Origin: Thermoanaerobaculia bacterium
GTDB lineage: Bacteria; Acidobacteriota; Thermoanaerobaculia; Multivoradales; UBA5704
Reading direction: 5' to 3'
DNA: 64,000 bases
Assembly: GCA_044226625.1 (NCBI GenBank)
Contig: JBGAGQ010000011.1
Coordinates: forward strand, 1 to 64,000
Shown: positions 50,885 to 62,144 of the stretch, piece after piece
Layout of the letters: every line of letters begins with the position of its first letter
Position numbering within the stretch: the stretch's first letter is position 1
The notes under the pieces: generated by a model
What the model was told of the DNA's origin: nothing
What the model saw: the letters and a program-made list of their open reading frames with translations, nothing else
Database searches by the model: none
Position numbers and translations under genes: made by a program

Positions 50885-51300
50885 CCAACCCCACGCCGCC
50901 CCGCCAACTGATCTTCGATTCGACCCCCGAGATCTTCGCAACCGACACCGGGGGATCGTTCGTCTTTCCGCTCGCGGTGGCCGGCAAGCTCTATCTCGCG
51001 ACCCAGTCCTACGACGAGATCCGCTTCGTCTTCTCCCTCTGGCATCCGTCGGGGCAGAAGACGATCGACCTCGATCGCGCCTACGTCGAGCTACGCGCCT
51101 CGTTCGATCCCGACGACGAGCACTGGACGAAGCTCGCGGAGATCGAGCCCGTGGTTCCACCGTATGCCGGCAGCGACAGCTTCGACGGTTGGATCGTTCT
51201 GCCGGTGCTCGGGGCGAACTGCGCGTTCGCGCTCGCCGGCAGCGGGTTCGAGGTCCGGTCGCGGGTGCAGATCCGCGCGAGCGCCTACTTCGTTTCCTAA
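50881..51300 (+). CDS. Hypothetical beta-rich protein (139 aa)
   Basis: The ATGA overlaps the eda stop, codons are GC3-rich, and the gene ends 12 nt before apgM. Confidence 0.75.
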   Translation: MTNPTPPRQLIFDSTPEIFATDTGGSFVFPLAVAGKLYLATQSYDEIRFVFSLWHPSGQKTIDLDRAYVELRASFDPDDEHWTKLAEIEPVVPPYAGSDSFDGWIVLPVLGANCAFALAGSGFEVRSRVQIRASAYFVS

Positions 51301-51312
51301 AGCGAGCTCCCG

Positions 51313-52560
51313 ATGCGCCACCTCGACCTGCTCTCCCGACTCGCGCAGGAAAACGGCTCGAAGATCGTCCTTCTGGTGCTCGACGGCGTCGGAGACATCC
51401 GCACCGCCGAGCAGCGGCAGACGGCCCTCGAAGCAGCGAGCCTGCCGAACCTCGACGAGCTCGCCGGCCGCTCGGCGCTCGGCCGTCTGGTGCCGGTCTA
51501 TCCCGGCGTGACGCCCGGAAGCGGGCCGGGGCACCTCGGCCTGTTCGGGTATGACCCGAGCGACCCGGCGGTCGACGTCGGCCGCGGCATCCTCGAGGCG
51601 ATGGGAGAGGGCTTACCGATCGGGCCGGGCGACGTCGCCGCGCGCGGCAACTTCGCAACCGCCGATCGCGCCGGGAACCTGATCGACCGACGCGCGGGGC
51701 GCATCCCGACCGAGGAGTGCGAGAGGCTCTGCAAGGTCATCAACCAGGGGCTGGCCGCGGCTCTCGCCGCCGCGCCGATCCCCGGCCTCTCGGTCAGCGT
51801 AGCGCCGGGCGAGGGACATCGGTTCGTCCTTCATCTCCAGGGCAAGCTGGACGGCGCTCCGCTTTCCGCGGCGGTCGCCGATACCGACCCGCAGCAGCTG
51901 GGCGTTCCGCCGCTCGCGGTCCAGGCGCTTGCCACGGAAGGCGAGGCGACCGCTTCGGCCATCGCTCGGATCGTGGAGATCGTCGAACGGACGATCGTCG
52001 AAGAGCCGCGCGCGAATCGGGCCCTGCTCCGCGGATTTTCGCAGCTGCCCCACCTGCCGCAGATCCCCTCGCTCTACAAGCTCCGGGCGGGCGCGTTCGC
52101 CGGCTACCCTCTCTACCGCGGGGCGGCCAAGGCGAGCGGTATGGAGATCGTGCCGTGCGGCAAGAAGTTCGGCGAGATCGTCGCGGCGGTCCGCGCGGCG
52201 TGGGAGCGGTTCGATTTCTTCTTCCTCCACGTCAAGCAGACCGATCAAGCGGGAGAGGACGGCAATCTCGCGGCGAAGGTGCAGGTGCTCGAAGAGGTGG
52301 ACGCGCTGCTACCCGAGCTTCTGGCGCTCGGCCCCGACGTCGTCGCGGTCACCGGCGACCACTCGACTCCGGCGCCCATGAAGGCCCATAGCTGGCATCC
52401 GGTGCCGCTGCTGCTCCATTCGGCGATCTGCTCGTTCGGATTCGCCGACGATTTCTCCGAGCGCGCCTGCGCCCACGGAGAGGTTGGCACGATCCCCTCG
52501 TACCAGCTCATGTCGCTGCTGCTCGCCAACGCCGGACGACTGGCGAAATTCGGCGCGTAG
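51313..52560 (+). CDS. apgM: Cofactor-independent phosphoglycerate mutase, ApgM type
   Basis: LDGVGD, PGSGPGHL, ARGNF, DRRAGRI, TGDHSTP and HSWHPVP. Confidence 0.9.
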   Translation: MRHLDLLSRLAQENGSKIVLLVLDGVGDIRTAEQRQTALEAASLPNLDELAGRSALGRLVPVYPGVTPGSGPGHLGLFGYDPSDPAVDVGRGILEAMGEGLPIGPGDVAARGNFATADRAGNLIDRRAGRIPTEECERLCKVINQGLAAALAAAPIPGLSVSVAPGEGHRFVLHLQGKLDGAPLSAAVADTDPQQLGVPPLAVQALATEGEATASAIARIVEIVERTIVEEPRANRALLRGFSQLPHLPQIPSLYKLRAGAFAGYPLYRGAAKASGMEIVPCGKKFGEIVAAVRAAWERFDFFFLHVKQTDQAGEDGNLAAKVQVLEEVDALLPELLALGPDVVAVTGDHSTPAPMKAHSWHPVPLLLHSAICSFGFADDFSERACAHGEVGTIPSYQLMSLLLANAGRLAKFGA

Positions 52561-52667
52561 ACGCTTCCGCGCTACGGCCTGGCGCGCGAGGACGGCGCGA
52601 AACTGTCTGAGCCCGAAGGGCTAGTTTTGAGCGCCGCCCAGCGCGCTCTCGCCCGGCGCGAGTGAGC

Positions 52668-53216
52668 CTAACGAAAGCCCCGCCGCAGCTCGCGCCGGAA
52701 GGTCGAGAAGGCCTCGTTGTCATGGAGCACCACGACCACGCGCTCGAGCTTCGTTCCCCCTTGCAGGTAGCGATGGACCTCGGTCAGGAGGATTCGCGCC
52801 GCCCGATCCATGGGAAAACCGAAATTGCCGGTCGAGATCGCCGGAATCGCGATCGAGCGCAGGCCTGCACGGTCCGCGAGCGCCATCGAGGAGCGGACGG
52901 CGGAGGCGAGCTTACGGTCCTCGTCTCCCTCCCCCATCTTCGGACCGACCGCATGGATCACCTGCTTGACCTTCAGGTGCCCCGGACCGGTCATTACGGC
53001 GGTCCCCACCGCGGCGTGGCCGATCCGGTTGCATTCTTCTTGGATCGACGCGCCCGCTTTCTTGAGAATCGCGCCGGCGACGCCGGTTCCGAGCTTCAGA
53101 TTCTCATTCGCGGCGTTGACGATGGCCTCGACGTCGACAGACGTGATGTCGCCCTCGATCAGGTCGAGCTGGGTGTGCTCCAGCGTAAGTGTCACCCTGT
53201 TCTCGCTCGTCGTCAC
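52668..53216 (-). CDS. Macro domain protein (ADP-ribose binding/hydrolase)
   Basis: GDIT, AIVNAAN, GVAGAI, VIHAVGP and PAISTGNFGFP, with a GGAGG RBS. Confidence 0.93.
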   Translation of the reverse strand: MTTSENRVTLTLEHTQLDLIEGDITSVDVEAIVNAANENLKLGTGVAGAILKKAGASIQEECNRIGHAAVGTAVMTGPGHLKVKQVIHAVGPKMGEGDEDRKLASAVRSSMALADRAGLRSIAIPAISTGNFGFPMDRAARILLTEVHRYLQGGTKLERVVVVLHDNEAFSTFRRELRRGFR

Positions 53217-53324
53217 AGCCTGGCCTCCAGCTTTTGGAACCGCCCGCGGTGGCCAAATCATATCAAGACCGAGGAAAGACGCCGAGCGGGCGAGCGCGGA
53301 CCCCTGATGTAGACTCCCGCGGCC

Positions 53325-55241
53325 ATGTGGAAAGAGCTCAATTCCCAGCTGAAACGAGAGATGGCGCGCGCCATCTCCGCCCGTTTCGGCGTCGAACACG
53401 ATCCGGTCCTCGAAGTGCCGCCACGGCGCGACCTCGGGGACCTCGCCTTCCCCGCTCCTCTGCAGCTCGCTCGGACTCTCAAGAAGAATCCCCGAGCGAT
53501 CGCCCAGGAGCTCCAAGCCGAGCTGCGACTTCCCGAAGGAGTTGCCGAGGCGAAAATCCTTGGCGCCGGCTACCTGAACCTGTTCCTCGACCGCCCTGCG
53601 TTCGTCGGCCGTCTGCTCTCCGGTCCGGTGCTCTCGGGAGCGACACGCGGCGAGAAGGTCGTCGTCGAGCACACCAACATCAACCCGAACAAGGCGGCCC
53701 ACATCGGCCATCTGAGGAACGCCGTGCTCGGCGACGTGCTCGGTCGATGCCTACGTGCGTTGGGATTCCCGACCGAGGTGCAAAACTACATCGACGACAC
53801 GGGGGTCCAGGTAGCCGACGTGGTGGTCGGGTTCATCGATCTCCGAAAGGCGACGCTCGCCGAGGTCGAGGCGCTGCCCGAGCCGTTCGACTACCACTGC
53901 TGGGATCTCTACAGCGAGGTCGGCCGCTGGTTCGGCGAAGACCCCGCGCGGCAGGCCTTGCGCCGCGAGACCCTCCACGAGCTCGAGGCCGGGCGGGGAC
54001 CGCGGGCCGAGATGGGGCGCCTGGTCGCGCGGCGGATCGTCGGCCGGCATCTCGGGACGATGGCCCGGCTCGGCATCGGCTACGACCTGCTCACCCACGA
54101 GAGCGACATCCTCGCGCTCCACTTCTTCGACGTCGCATTCGAGCGCCTGAAGAGCTCGGGAGCCGTGCGGCGCGAGGAGGAGGGCAAGAACAAAGGCTGC
54201 TGGGTGATGCCCCTTTCCGAGAGCGACGAGTTCGCCGGTCTCGAAGACCCGGACAAGGTGATCGTCCGCTCCGACGGCACGGTGACCTACGTCGGCAAGG
54301 ACATCGCCTACCAGCTCTGGAAGTTCGGCCTCCTCGGGAAGGATTTCGACTACCGCTTCTGGTCGGAAGAGAGCCTCTGGCAGACCTGCCACGGCGACGG
54401 GACCTCCGAACATCCGGCGTTCGGGCGAGCCGACCGGGTGATCAACGTGATCGACAACCGCCAGTCCTATCTCCAGAAGATCGTGCGCGCGGGGCTCGAA
54501 GCGCTCGGCCATGGCGACGAGGCGAAGCGATCGGTCCATTTCGCCTACGAGATGGTCGCCTTGTCGCCGGCGACGGCGCGCCAGCTCGGATTCGCGGTCG
54601 AGGGAGAGGAAAAGGCGCTCGAGATGTCCGGCCGTAAAGGAATCGGCGTCAAGGCGGACGACCTGATCGACCGCCTCCAGGCGAAGAGCCGGGAGGAAAT
54701 CGCCGCTCGAAACCGGGAGCTCGACGGCGCGACGCTCGATACGTTGGCGAACCAGATCGCGATCGCGGCGCTCCGCTTCTTCATGGTCAAGGCGACCACG
54801 AACCGGGTGATCGCCTTCGACTTCGACGAGGCGCTCTCGTTCGAAGGCGAAACCGGGCCCTATCTCCAATACTCCCTGGTCCGCGCGAAGAACATTCGAC
54901 GCAAGCTCGCCGAGGCAGGACTCGCGACCGAGGTGACGCCGCAGGGCGCGGCGGCGATCCCGGCGGACGCCTACGCCGATGATCTCTGGGATCTGGCGCT
55001 CGCGACCGCCCAGGTCGAGGAATCGATCGAGCGCGGCACCTTGGGCCTGGAGCTTTCGATCGTCGCCCGGCAGGCGCTCGACCTCGCCCAGAAATTCAAC
55101 CACGCGTACCACAAGCACCCGATCCTCCAAGAGGCCGACGAGACCTTGCGCAGCGCCCGGCTCGCCGCGATCCAGGTCTACCAGAGAGGACTGGAAACGG
55201 TGGCCGAGGTGCTGGGCGTTCCGGTGCCGGAGAAGATGTAG
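53325..55241 (+). CDS. argS: Arginine--tRNA ligase
   Basis: VEHTNINPNKAAHIGHLRN, MSGRKG and FEGETGPYLQY. Confidence 0.97.
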   Translation: MWKELNSQLKREMARAISARFGVEHDPVLEVPPRRDLGDLAFPAPLQLARTLKKNPRAIAQELQAELRLPEGVAEAKILGAGYLNLFLDRPAFVGRLLSGPVLSGATRGEKVVVEHTNINPNKAAHIGHLRNAVLGDVLGRCLRALGFPTEVQNYIDDTGVQVADVVVGFIDLRKATLAEVEALPEPFDYHCWDLYSEVGRWFGEDPARQALRRETLHELEAGRGPRAEMGRLVARRIVGRHLGTMARLGIGYDLLTHESDILALHFFDVAFERLKSSGAVRREEEGKNKGCWVMPLSESDEFAGLEDPDKVIVRSDGTVTYVGKDIAYQLWKFGLLGKDFDYRFWSEESLWQTCHGDGTSEHPAFGRADRVINVIDNRQSYLQKIVRAGLEALGHGDEAKRSVHFAYEMVALSPATARQLGFAVEGEEKALEMSGRKGIGVKADDLIDRLQAKSREEIAARNRELDGATLDTLANQIAIAALRFFMVKATTNRVIAFDFDEALSFEGETGPYLQYSLVRAKNIRRKLAEAGLATEVTPQGAAAIPADAYADDLWDLALATAQVEESIERGTLGLELSIVARQALDLAQKFNHAYHKHPILQEADETLRSARLAAIQVYQRGLETVAEVLGVPVPEKM

Positions 55242-55275
55242 GAGCAGTCGGGAGCCAACGGACCGAGCCCGAGAG

Positions 55276-56397
55276 ATGCCGACCTCCGTCGTACCCATCG
55301 AGCGATCGCCGATCGGGCGACTCGATTCCAATCCCTGGGATCGTCGCGCGCCCGAACGGGCGGGGCTCCCTTCGGCGTGGGCGCTCCTACCCGAGCAGCT
55401 CGCCGAGCTCGGCTGTCCGGGGGCGGCGCCCCACGCGTTCGGTCGATTGCAGCGGGTGCTCACCTGGGGCGTTACGGATCGCGGGGAGACGTCTGGGCTG
55501 TTCCTCGCCCGGGACACCCGGGCCTGGCTCGACCGGCATACCGATCTGGCGCTCCCTCGAATCGTCGACCGTTTCCCGTCGGAAGACGGGGCGACGAAGC
55601 TCGCGCTGGAGCTGTCCGATGGGCACCGGATCGAGGCGATCCACATGCCGCGGCGGCCGGACGGCCGCGTCACGTTCTGCATCTCGAGCCAGGTCGGCTG
55701 CGCCCTCGGCTGCACGTTCTGCGCGACCGGGGCGATGGGAATCGTGAGGAACCTTTCGGCCGGCGAGATCGTGGGTCAGGTGCTGGTCCTGATGCACGAG
55801 CTTGGACCGCGGCGCGGCGATCTCGCGACGCTCGTGTTCATGGGGATGGGCGAGCCGCTCCACAACCTCGACCACGTGCACCGGGCGATCCGGGTCCTCT
55901 GCCACCCGGGCGGCGCGGGTCTGTCGCCGCGACGAATCACCGTGAGCACGGCGGGGCTCGTCCCGGGCATCGAGCGGCTCGCGAAGATGAGCCCCCGCCC
56001 GCAGCTCGCGGTCTCGCTCAACGCCACGACCGACGCGAGTCGCTCGGCGACGATGCCGATCAACCGCGCCTTCAACCTCGCCCGGCTGCGCCGGGCGCTC
56101 GCCGAATGGCCCTTGGAGAAGAACGAGCGCTTCCTGTTCGAGTACGTGCTGCTCGCCGGGGAGAACGACTCCGACGAGGACGCCGATCGGCTAGCCGCTT
56201 GGCTCGGCGAGCTACGCCATCGCCACAACGTGAACCTGATTCCGATGAACGAGCACCCTCGCTCGGATTTTCGCGAGCCGGAAGGGGATCGGGTCCAGAG
56301 ATTTCTGCGCCGCCTGCGCGAGCACGGCTGTTTCGTAAGCGTGAGGAAGAGCCGCAGCCGCGACGTCCAAGGGGCGTGCGGCCAGCTGGTGAGCTGA
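55276..56397 (+). CDS. rlmN: RlmN-family radical SAM RNA methyltransferase
   Basis: CISSQVGCALGCTFC, MGMGEP, SLNA, EYVL and ACGQL. Confidence 0.88.
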   Translation: MPTSVVPIERSPIGRLDSNPWDRRAPERAGLPSAWALLPEQLAELGCPGAAPHAFGRLQRVLTWGVTDRGETSGLFLARDTRAWLDRHTDLALPRIVDRFPSEDGATKLALELSDGHRIEAIHMPRRPDGRVTFCISSQVGCALGCTFCATGAMGIVRNLSAGEIVGQVLVLMHELGPRRGDLATLVFMGMGEPLHNLDHVHRAIRVLCHPGGAGLSPRRITVSTAGLVPGIERLAKMSPRPQLAVSLNATTDASRSATMPINRAFNLARLRRALAEWPLEKNERFLFEYVLLAGENDSDEDADRLAAWLGELRHRHNVNLIPMNEHPRSDFREPEGDRVQRFLRRLREHGCFVSVRKSRSRDVQGACGQLVS

Positions 56398-56632
56398 GGG
56401 AGGGCCCCCCTCCTAGCGGGGGGAGGGAACCCTTCGGCGGGGCGCTTTGGATGCACGGCTTCCTCCCTCGCTCGCGGGGGGAACGAGGCGGGGGCGTCCG
56501 CGGTGCGCTACTGCCTGCGCGAGCCCACCAGCCCCCCTCCTAACCTCCCCCCGCAGGCGGGGGGAGGGACCCTTCGGCAAGGCGCTCGGCGTGGCCTCCT
56601 CCCCCGCTTGCGGGGGAGGACCGAGGTGGGGG
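56398..56632. repeat. Cluster of REP-like GC-rich palindromes arranged as a ~140-bp tandem duplication
   Basis: CTCCCCC-GCNNGC-GGGGGAG hairpins in alternating orientation. GGGGAGGGA(A)CCCTTCGGC is repeated at ~56420 and ~56561. Confidence 0.8.
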
Positions 56633-56645
56633 CGTCAACTCCGGC

Positions 56646-57731
<1,086 letters not shown>

Positions 57732-57846
57732 GGGCTTCCCTTTGCTCGGCTCCGTGGGGCCGCCCGCGGCCCCGTACGACGACCCCTAGAAACGGCGACG
57801 CCGCGGCACGATCGGCCGCGGCGCGAGAGTTCCTGCCGGAGCGAAG

Positions 57847-58050
57847 CTAAGCCGCTTTGTTGTAGCGCTTCTTGAAGCGCTCGACGCGACCGGCGGTGTC
57901 GATCAGCTTCTGTTTGCCCGAGAAGAACGGGTGGCAGACGCTGCAGATCTCGAGGCGGAGCTCTTTCTTCGTCGTGTGGGTCTCGAAGGTGTTGCCGCAC
58001 GCGCAGACCGCGGTCACGAGGTTGAGCTGGGGGTGGAGGTTTTCTTTCAC
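57847..58050 (-). CDS. rpmE: 50S ribosomal protein L31 (Zn-binding C+ type)
   Basis: MKENLHP...CACG...CSVCHPFFSGKQK...GRVERF, with GTG start. Confidence 0.97.
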   Translation of the reverse strand: MKENLHPQLNLVTAVCACGNTFETHTTKKELRLEICSVCHPFFSGKQKLIDTAGRVERFKKRYNKAA

Positions 58051-58414
58051 GGGAACGTCCCCTCTCTTCTTGCTGGGCTTAGGCGCTTCGGATGGGCGCC
58101 GGGCAAACGACGAGACCGCGGACGCCGCAAGAGCCTCGTAGGATACCCGATCAGGCCATCCTGGGGCAATAACCTTGGCGGTGATCCCAAAAATTGCCAT
58201 CCCGTCTTCCCGGCCAGCCCGATCGAGCAGGGCGAAACGCCAGGGCACAGTTCCTCCCTGGTGTGTCACACTTTCGCGAAGAATTGGCACCCTGACTTTT
58301 GTCTATACGTGAGCGACCCGGAATTCGGATTTGCCTCCCACCGGCAAATCGCCAGCTTCTCGCAAAATCGACTCGGCCAGGCTCGTTGGACCGAATTTCA
58401 TAGGAGTGCACTTC

Positions 58415-60148
58415 ATGAGCATGGAGCACGATGATCAGCAGGCGCCGGAAGGCGCCGAAGTTCCCAACGTCAACCGCCGCCAGTTCCTCGGAGGCGCTGG
58501 CGCCGCGGTGATCGGTGCGAGCGCCGGAGCGCTTGCCTTCGCGCCGAAAGGCGCGGCGGCCGGTGCTGCCGCCGAGCTGGAAGGCAATGGGATCGTGACC
58601 GGTGAAGCGAACGTCGGGCGTGCCCGGGCTTCGTTCAACTACCGGGTGAAGATGGCGACCCTCCGCCGCGACGCTCCGCACCCGCAGCACCGGAGCAACG
58701 GCGACGAGGCCCGATACGCGAACCGCATCGGGAGCTATTCCAAGGGCCTTCCGCACAACGAGTTCGGCGAGGTCAGCGCCTCGGCGTACTCCGCGTTCCT
58801 GAAAGCGGTCCAGACCGGCTCGCCGCTGGACTTCGAGGCCATTCCGTCCGGCGGCCCGCGGCCGCAGACCAGCCCGCAGGCCGGTATCGCGATGGACATC
58901 CAGGGCTTGGACGCCCTCGCCGTAACGGCGCCTCCGGCGCCGAAGCTCTCGAGCGCCGAAGCGGCGGGCGAGGCGGTCGAGCTCTACTGGATGGCCCTCC
59001 TGCGCGACCTCCACACCACGGAGTACGAGGGCAATGCCGACGTCCAGGCGGCGTTGGACGACTTGAACGGATTGAGCGTCTTCAAGGGGCCGAAGGAAAA
59101 CGGCCAGGTCACCGCTCAGACCCTGTTCCGCGATCCGTTCCCGGGCTGCACCGTCGGTCCGTACTTCTCGCAGTTCATGCTCCTGCCGACGCCGTTCGGT
59201 TCCGAGTTCGTCGACCGTCGGTCGCGCGTGTTCGCCGAAGGCTCGGATCACATGACCGATTTCGACAACTGGCTGACGGTCCAGAACGGCGGCGTCAACG
59301 AAACCACCTCGTTCGACTCGGAGCGCCGCTATCTGAGGAACGGCCGCGACCAGGCCGCCTGGGTGCAGATGGACGTGCTGTTCCAGGCCTACTTCAACGC
59401 CTGCCTGATCCTCGGCACGCCGCCGAACTCGTTCGACGAGCACAGCGGAGGCATCGGCTGCCCGGTCAACCTGGGTAACCCCTACCGCCACTCCACGAAC
59501 CAGGCCGGCTTCGCAACCTTCGGTCCGCCGGCGTTCAAGGGGCTGCTCTGCGAGGTCGCGACGCGCGGCCTGAAAGCAACGTGGTACCAGAAGTGGTTCC
59601 TCCATCGCCGGCTCCGTCCCGAGGCGTTCGGCGGCTTGGTCCACTTGCAGAAAACGCAGGACCGCTATCCGGGCGTTCTCCACGACGACATCCTGAATTC
59701 GACGGCGGTGTCGGCGGCTTTCGACAAGTACGGCAGCTACCTCCACCCGATGGCATTCCCCGAAGGGTCGCCGACCCATCCGTCCTACACCGCGGGTCAC
59801 GCCACCGTGGCGGGCGCCTGCGTCACGATCCTGAAGGCTCTGTTCGACACAAGCTTCGTCATCCCGAACCCGGTGGTGGCGAGCGCCGACGGCCTGTCGC
59901 TCGAGCCGTACAGCGGTCCGGACCTCACGGTGGAGGGCGAGCTCAACAAGCTGGCCTCGAACATCGCGACGGGACGAAACGTCGCCGGCGTCCACTGGCG
60001 GTCGGACTCGATCCAGTCGATGCTGCTCGGCGAGAGGATCGCGATCGCGATCCTCGAGGACCAGCGTGCCTGCTACAACGAGAACCGGCGCGGCTTCTTC
60101 AAGGGCTTCACCTTCAACAAGTTCGACGGCAGCACTATTACCGTCTAA
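58415..60148 (+). CDS. Tat-exported vanadium-dependent haloperoxidase (bromoperoxidase type)
   Basis: AGGAG RBS and the Tat motif NRRQFL. Active-site motifs QKWFLHRRLRPE, HPSYTAGHA and GRNVAGVHWRSD. Confidence 0.92.
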   Translation: MSMEHDDQQAPEGAEVPNVNRRQFLGGAGAAVIGASAGALAFAPKGAAAGAAAELEGNGIVTGEANVGRARASFNYRVKMATLRRDAPHPQHRSNGDEARYANRIGSYSKGLPHNEFGEVSASAYSAFLKAVQTGSPLDFEAIPSGGPRPQTSPQAGIAMDIQGLDALAVTAPPAPKLSSAEAAGEAVELYWMALLRDLHTTEYEGNADVQAALDDLNGLSVFKGPKENGQVTAQTLFRDPFPGCTVGPYFSQFMLLPTPFGSEFVDRRSRVFAEGSDHMTDFDNWLTVQNGGVNETTSFDSERRYLRNGRDQAAWVQMDVLFQAYFNACLILGTPPNSFDEHSGGIGCPVNLGNPYRHSTNQAGFATFGPPAFKGLLCEVATRGLKATWYQKWFLHRRLRPEAFGGLVHLQKTQDRYPGVLHDDILNSTAVSAAFDKYGSYLHPMAFPEGSPTHPSYTAGHATVAGACVTILKALFDTSFVIPNPVVASADGLSLEPYSGPDLTVEGELNKLASNIATGRNVAGVHWRSDSIQSMLLGERIAIAILEDQRACYNENRRGFFKGFTFNKFDGSTITV

Positions 60149-60169
60149 GTCTCGCTTCACGAGCGATCG

Positions 60170-60213
60170 AAAAAGACGCGACCGACCCGGAAGGGCGGTC
60201 GCGTTTTTCGTTT
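60170..60213. terminator. Bidirectional intrinsic terminator
   Basis: AAAAAGACGCGACCG...CGGTCGCGTTTTT between convergent genes. Confidence 0.8.
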
Positions 60214-60226
60214 CGGTTCGCGAACC

Positions 60227-60904
60227 TCAGCCGTTGAACTTCGGCAGCTCGTAACGGCAGCGATCGAACGAACCCGAGACGTTTCCCTCGCCTCCCTCGC
60301 CTTTGTATGCAGCCGAGAACGTGCCGGAGATCTCGTCCTTGCCTCCGGCTTCCGCAGAGGGGAAGACCGTGATCTTGGTCTTCGCGACTCCACGCGACTG
60401 GCGGATCACCTCGCCCGAGAAGTTCGCACGCACTCGGGCATCCGCGTCGTAGTCGCCCGCGCCGTGGAAATTCTCGATGCGCAAGACGAAGAACGGAGCT
60501 CCCGGCAGGTTCATGCCGACTTGGAACGTCTTGTTCGGAAACAGCGCGCAATTCGGCACCACGTCCCCTTCGAAATCCTGGCTGCCGGTCATCGCGAGAT
60601 GGCCGGTCTGGCCGGTGCCTCGGGGTTGAGCCTGCACCGGAGGAAGCTTGGCGAAGGCCGGATCCGGCGCTACGTCCGAGGTGGCGCCAGGGGAGAGAGC
60701 GGGGGCCGAATCATCTGTCTCGACCGCCGCGGTATCCGGCGCGGCGGTTTGCGAAGCGCCCGACTCCTCGTGTCCGCCGCTTTCGCTCCCGCAGCCCTCT
60801 AACCCCAGGCAAAGCGCCAGACCCAGAATTCCGATCCCCAGGACGCTCGCGCCGAACCGCCTACTCGATCGCGAGGGTTCGCCCCGCGGTGTCGCTGCAA
60901 TCAT
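60227..60904 (-). CDS. Hypothetical lipoprotein
   Basis: Hydrophobic leader with an LEGC lipobox-like site, an Ala/Pro/Asp linker and a beta-rich domain with two Cys. The start is uncertain. Confidence 0.65.
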   Translation of the reverse strand: MIAATPRGEPSRSSRRFGASVLGIGILGLALCLGLEGCGSESGGHEESGASQTAAPDTAAVETDDSAPALSPGATSDVAPDPAFAKLPPVQAQPRGTGQTGHLAMTGSQDFEGDVVPNCALFPNKTFQVGMNLPGAPFFVLRIENFHGAGDYDADARVRANFSGEVIRQSRGVAKTKITVFPSAEAGGKDEISGTFSAAYKGEGGEGNVSGSFDRCRYELPKFNG

Positions 60905-61052
60905 TTTTCGCTCCTTTGGTCGGTCAAACCGCGCAACCCGAACGGACTTTTCGTGCGGGTGTGGACCGCCCATTTTACGCGACGGAGCCCCCGGCGCCGG
61001 CACTCGTGGACGCGAGAATCTCTAGGGGACTTCGTGCCCTACAATCCACTGG

Positions 61053-62144
61053 ATGCGATCTTTTGAACGGCCCCTCGTCATCGACGGCCACACCGACGTC
61101 CCGACTCGCCTCTGGGAGGGGCCGGTCGACTTGTCGCTGCCGCAACGCGACCGGCAGGTCGACCTGCCGCGCCTGCGAGCGGGTGGCGTCGACGCTTTGG
61201 TCTGGGCGCTGTTCCTTCCCGCGAGCTTGGATCCCGCTTCCGGTCGCGAGCACGCGCGCCGGCTATATGAGATTTCCCTCGATCATCTCGTGCCGGGAGA
61301 GCTCGAAGGGGCGCGAAGCGCCGAGGACGTGAGGAAGAACGCCGCGCGCGGCGTCGTTTCCGTCCTGTTCGGCCTCGAAAACGGTCGGCCTTTGGCCCTT
61401 CCCGGGATGGTCGACGAGATTGCGCGCTGGGGCGTGCGCTACGTCACCCTCACCCATTTCGCCAGCCACGAATGGTGCGACGCCTCGACCGACGAGCCGC
61501 GCCATGGCGGTCTATCGCCCGCGGGGCGCGACCTCGTCCGACGGCTGAACGGAGCCGGCATCCTCCCCGACGTCTCGCACGTCTCGGATGCGGCGGTCGA
61601 GCAGGTTCTCGAGGTCTCGAAGGTCGCGCCGATCGCGAGCCACAGCTCGGCGCGTGCGCTTTGCGACCATCCGCGAAATCTTCCCGATGGATTGGTGCGC
61701 GAGATCGCAAGATGCGGCGGGGTCGTGATGGCGAACAGCTTCCCCCCGTTCGTCGACCCCCGCGCGGCCTCGGCGCTCGTCGAAATCGAATCCGACCTCG
61801 CCGAGCCGATGCGGGAGCTTTCCGCGCGCTATTTCGCCGAGCCGGGTCGCGTCGCCCGCGAGCGGGCTCGGCTCTATGCGGATCGACGTCTCCCCGAAGC
61901 GACCCTCTCTCAATACGTCGATCATTTGATCCATTTGATCGAACTGGGCGGCGAAGAGCACGTAGGGATCGGCAGCGACTTCGACGGGATCCACGAGACG
62001 CTGCGCGGCTTCGAGAATCCGTCGAAATTTCCGGATCTCGCGGATGCTCTGCTCGCCCGCGGGGTCGACAAGAGCGGCCTGCGGCTGATCCTCGGAGAGA
62101 ACTTCCTGCGCGCGCTCGCGGCGGCCGAATCCGCGGCGCTCTGA
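61053..62144 (+). CDS. Membrane dipeptidase family (peptidase M19)
   Basis: DGHTD, GLENG, YVTLTH, DVSH, ASHS...HPRN and GSDFDG. Confidence 0.93.
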   Translation: MRSFERPLVIDGHTDVPTRLWEGPVDLSLPQRDRQVDLPRLRAGGVDALVWALFLPASLDPASGREHARRLYEISLDHLVPGELEGARSAEDVRKNAARGVVSVLFGLENGRPLALPGMVDEIARWGVRYVTLTHFASHEWCDASTDEPRHGGLSPAGRDLVRRLNGAGILPDVSHVSDAAVEQVLEVSKVAPIASHSSARALCDHPRNLPDGLVREIARCGGVVMANSFPPFVDPRAASALVEIESDLAEPMRELSARYFAEPGRVARERARLYADRRLPEATLSQYVDHLIHLIELGGEEHVGIGSDFDGIHETLRGFENPSKFPDLADALLARGVDKSGLRLILGENFLRALAAAESAAL

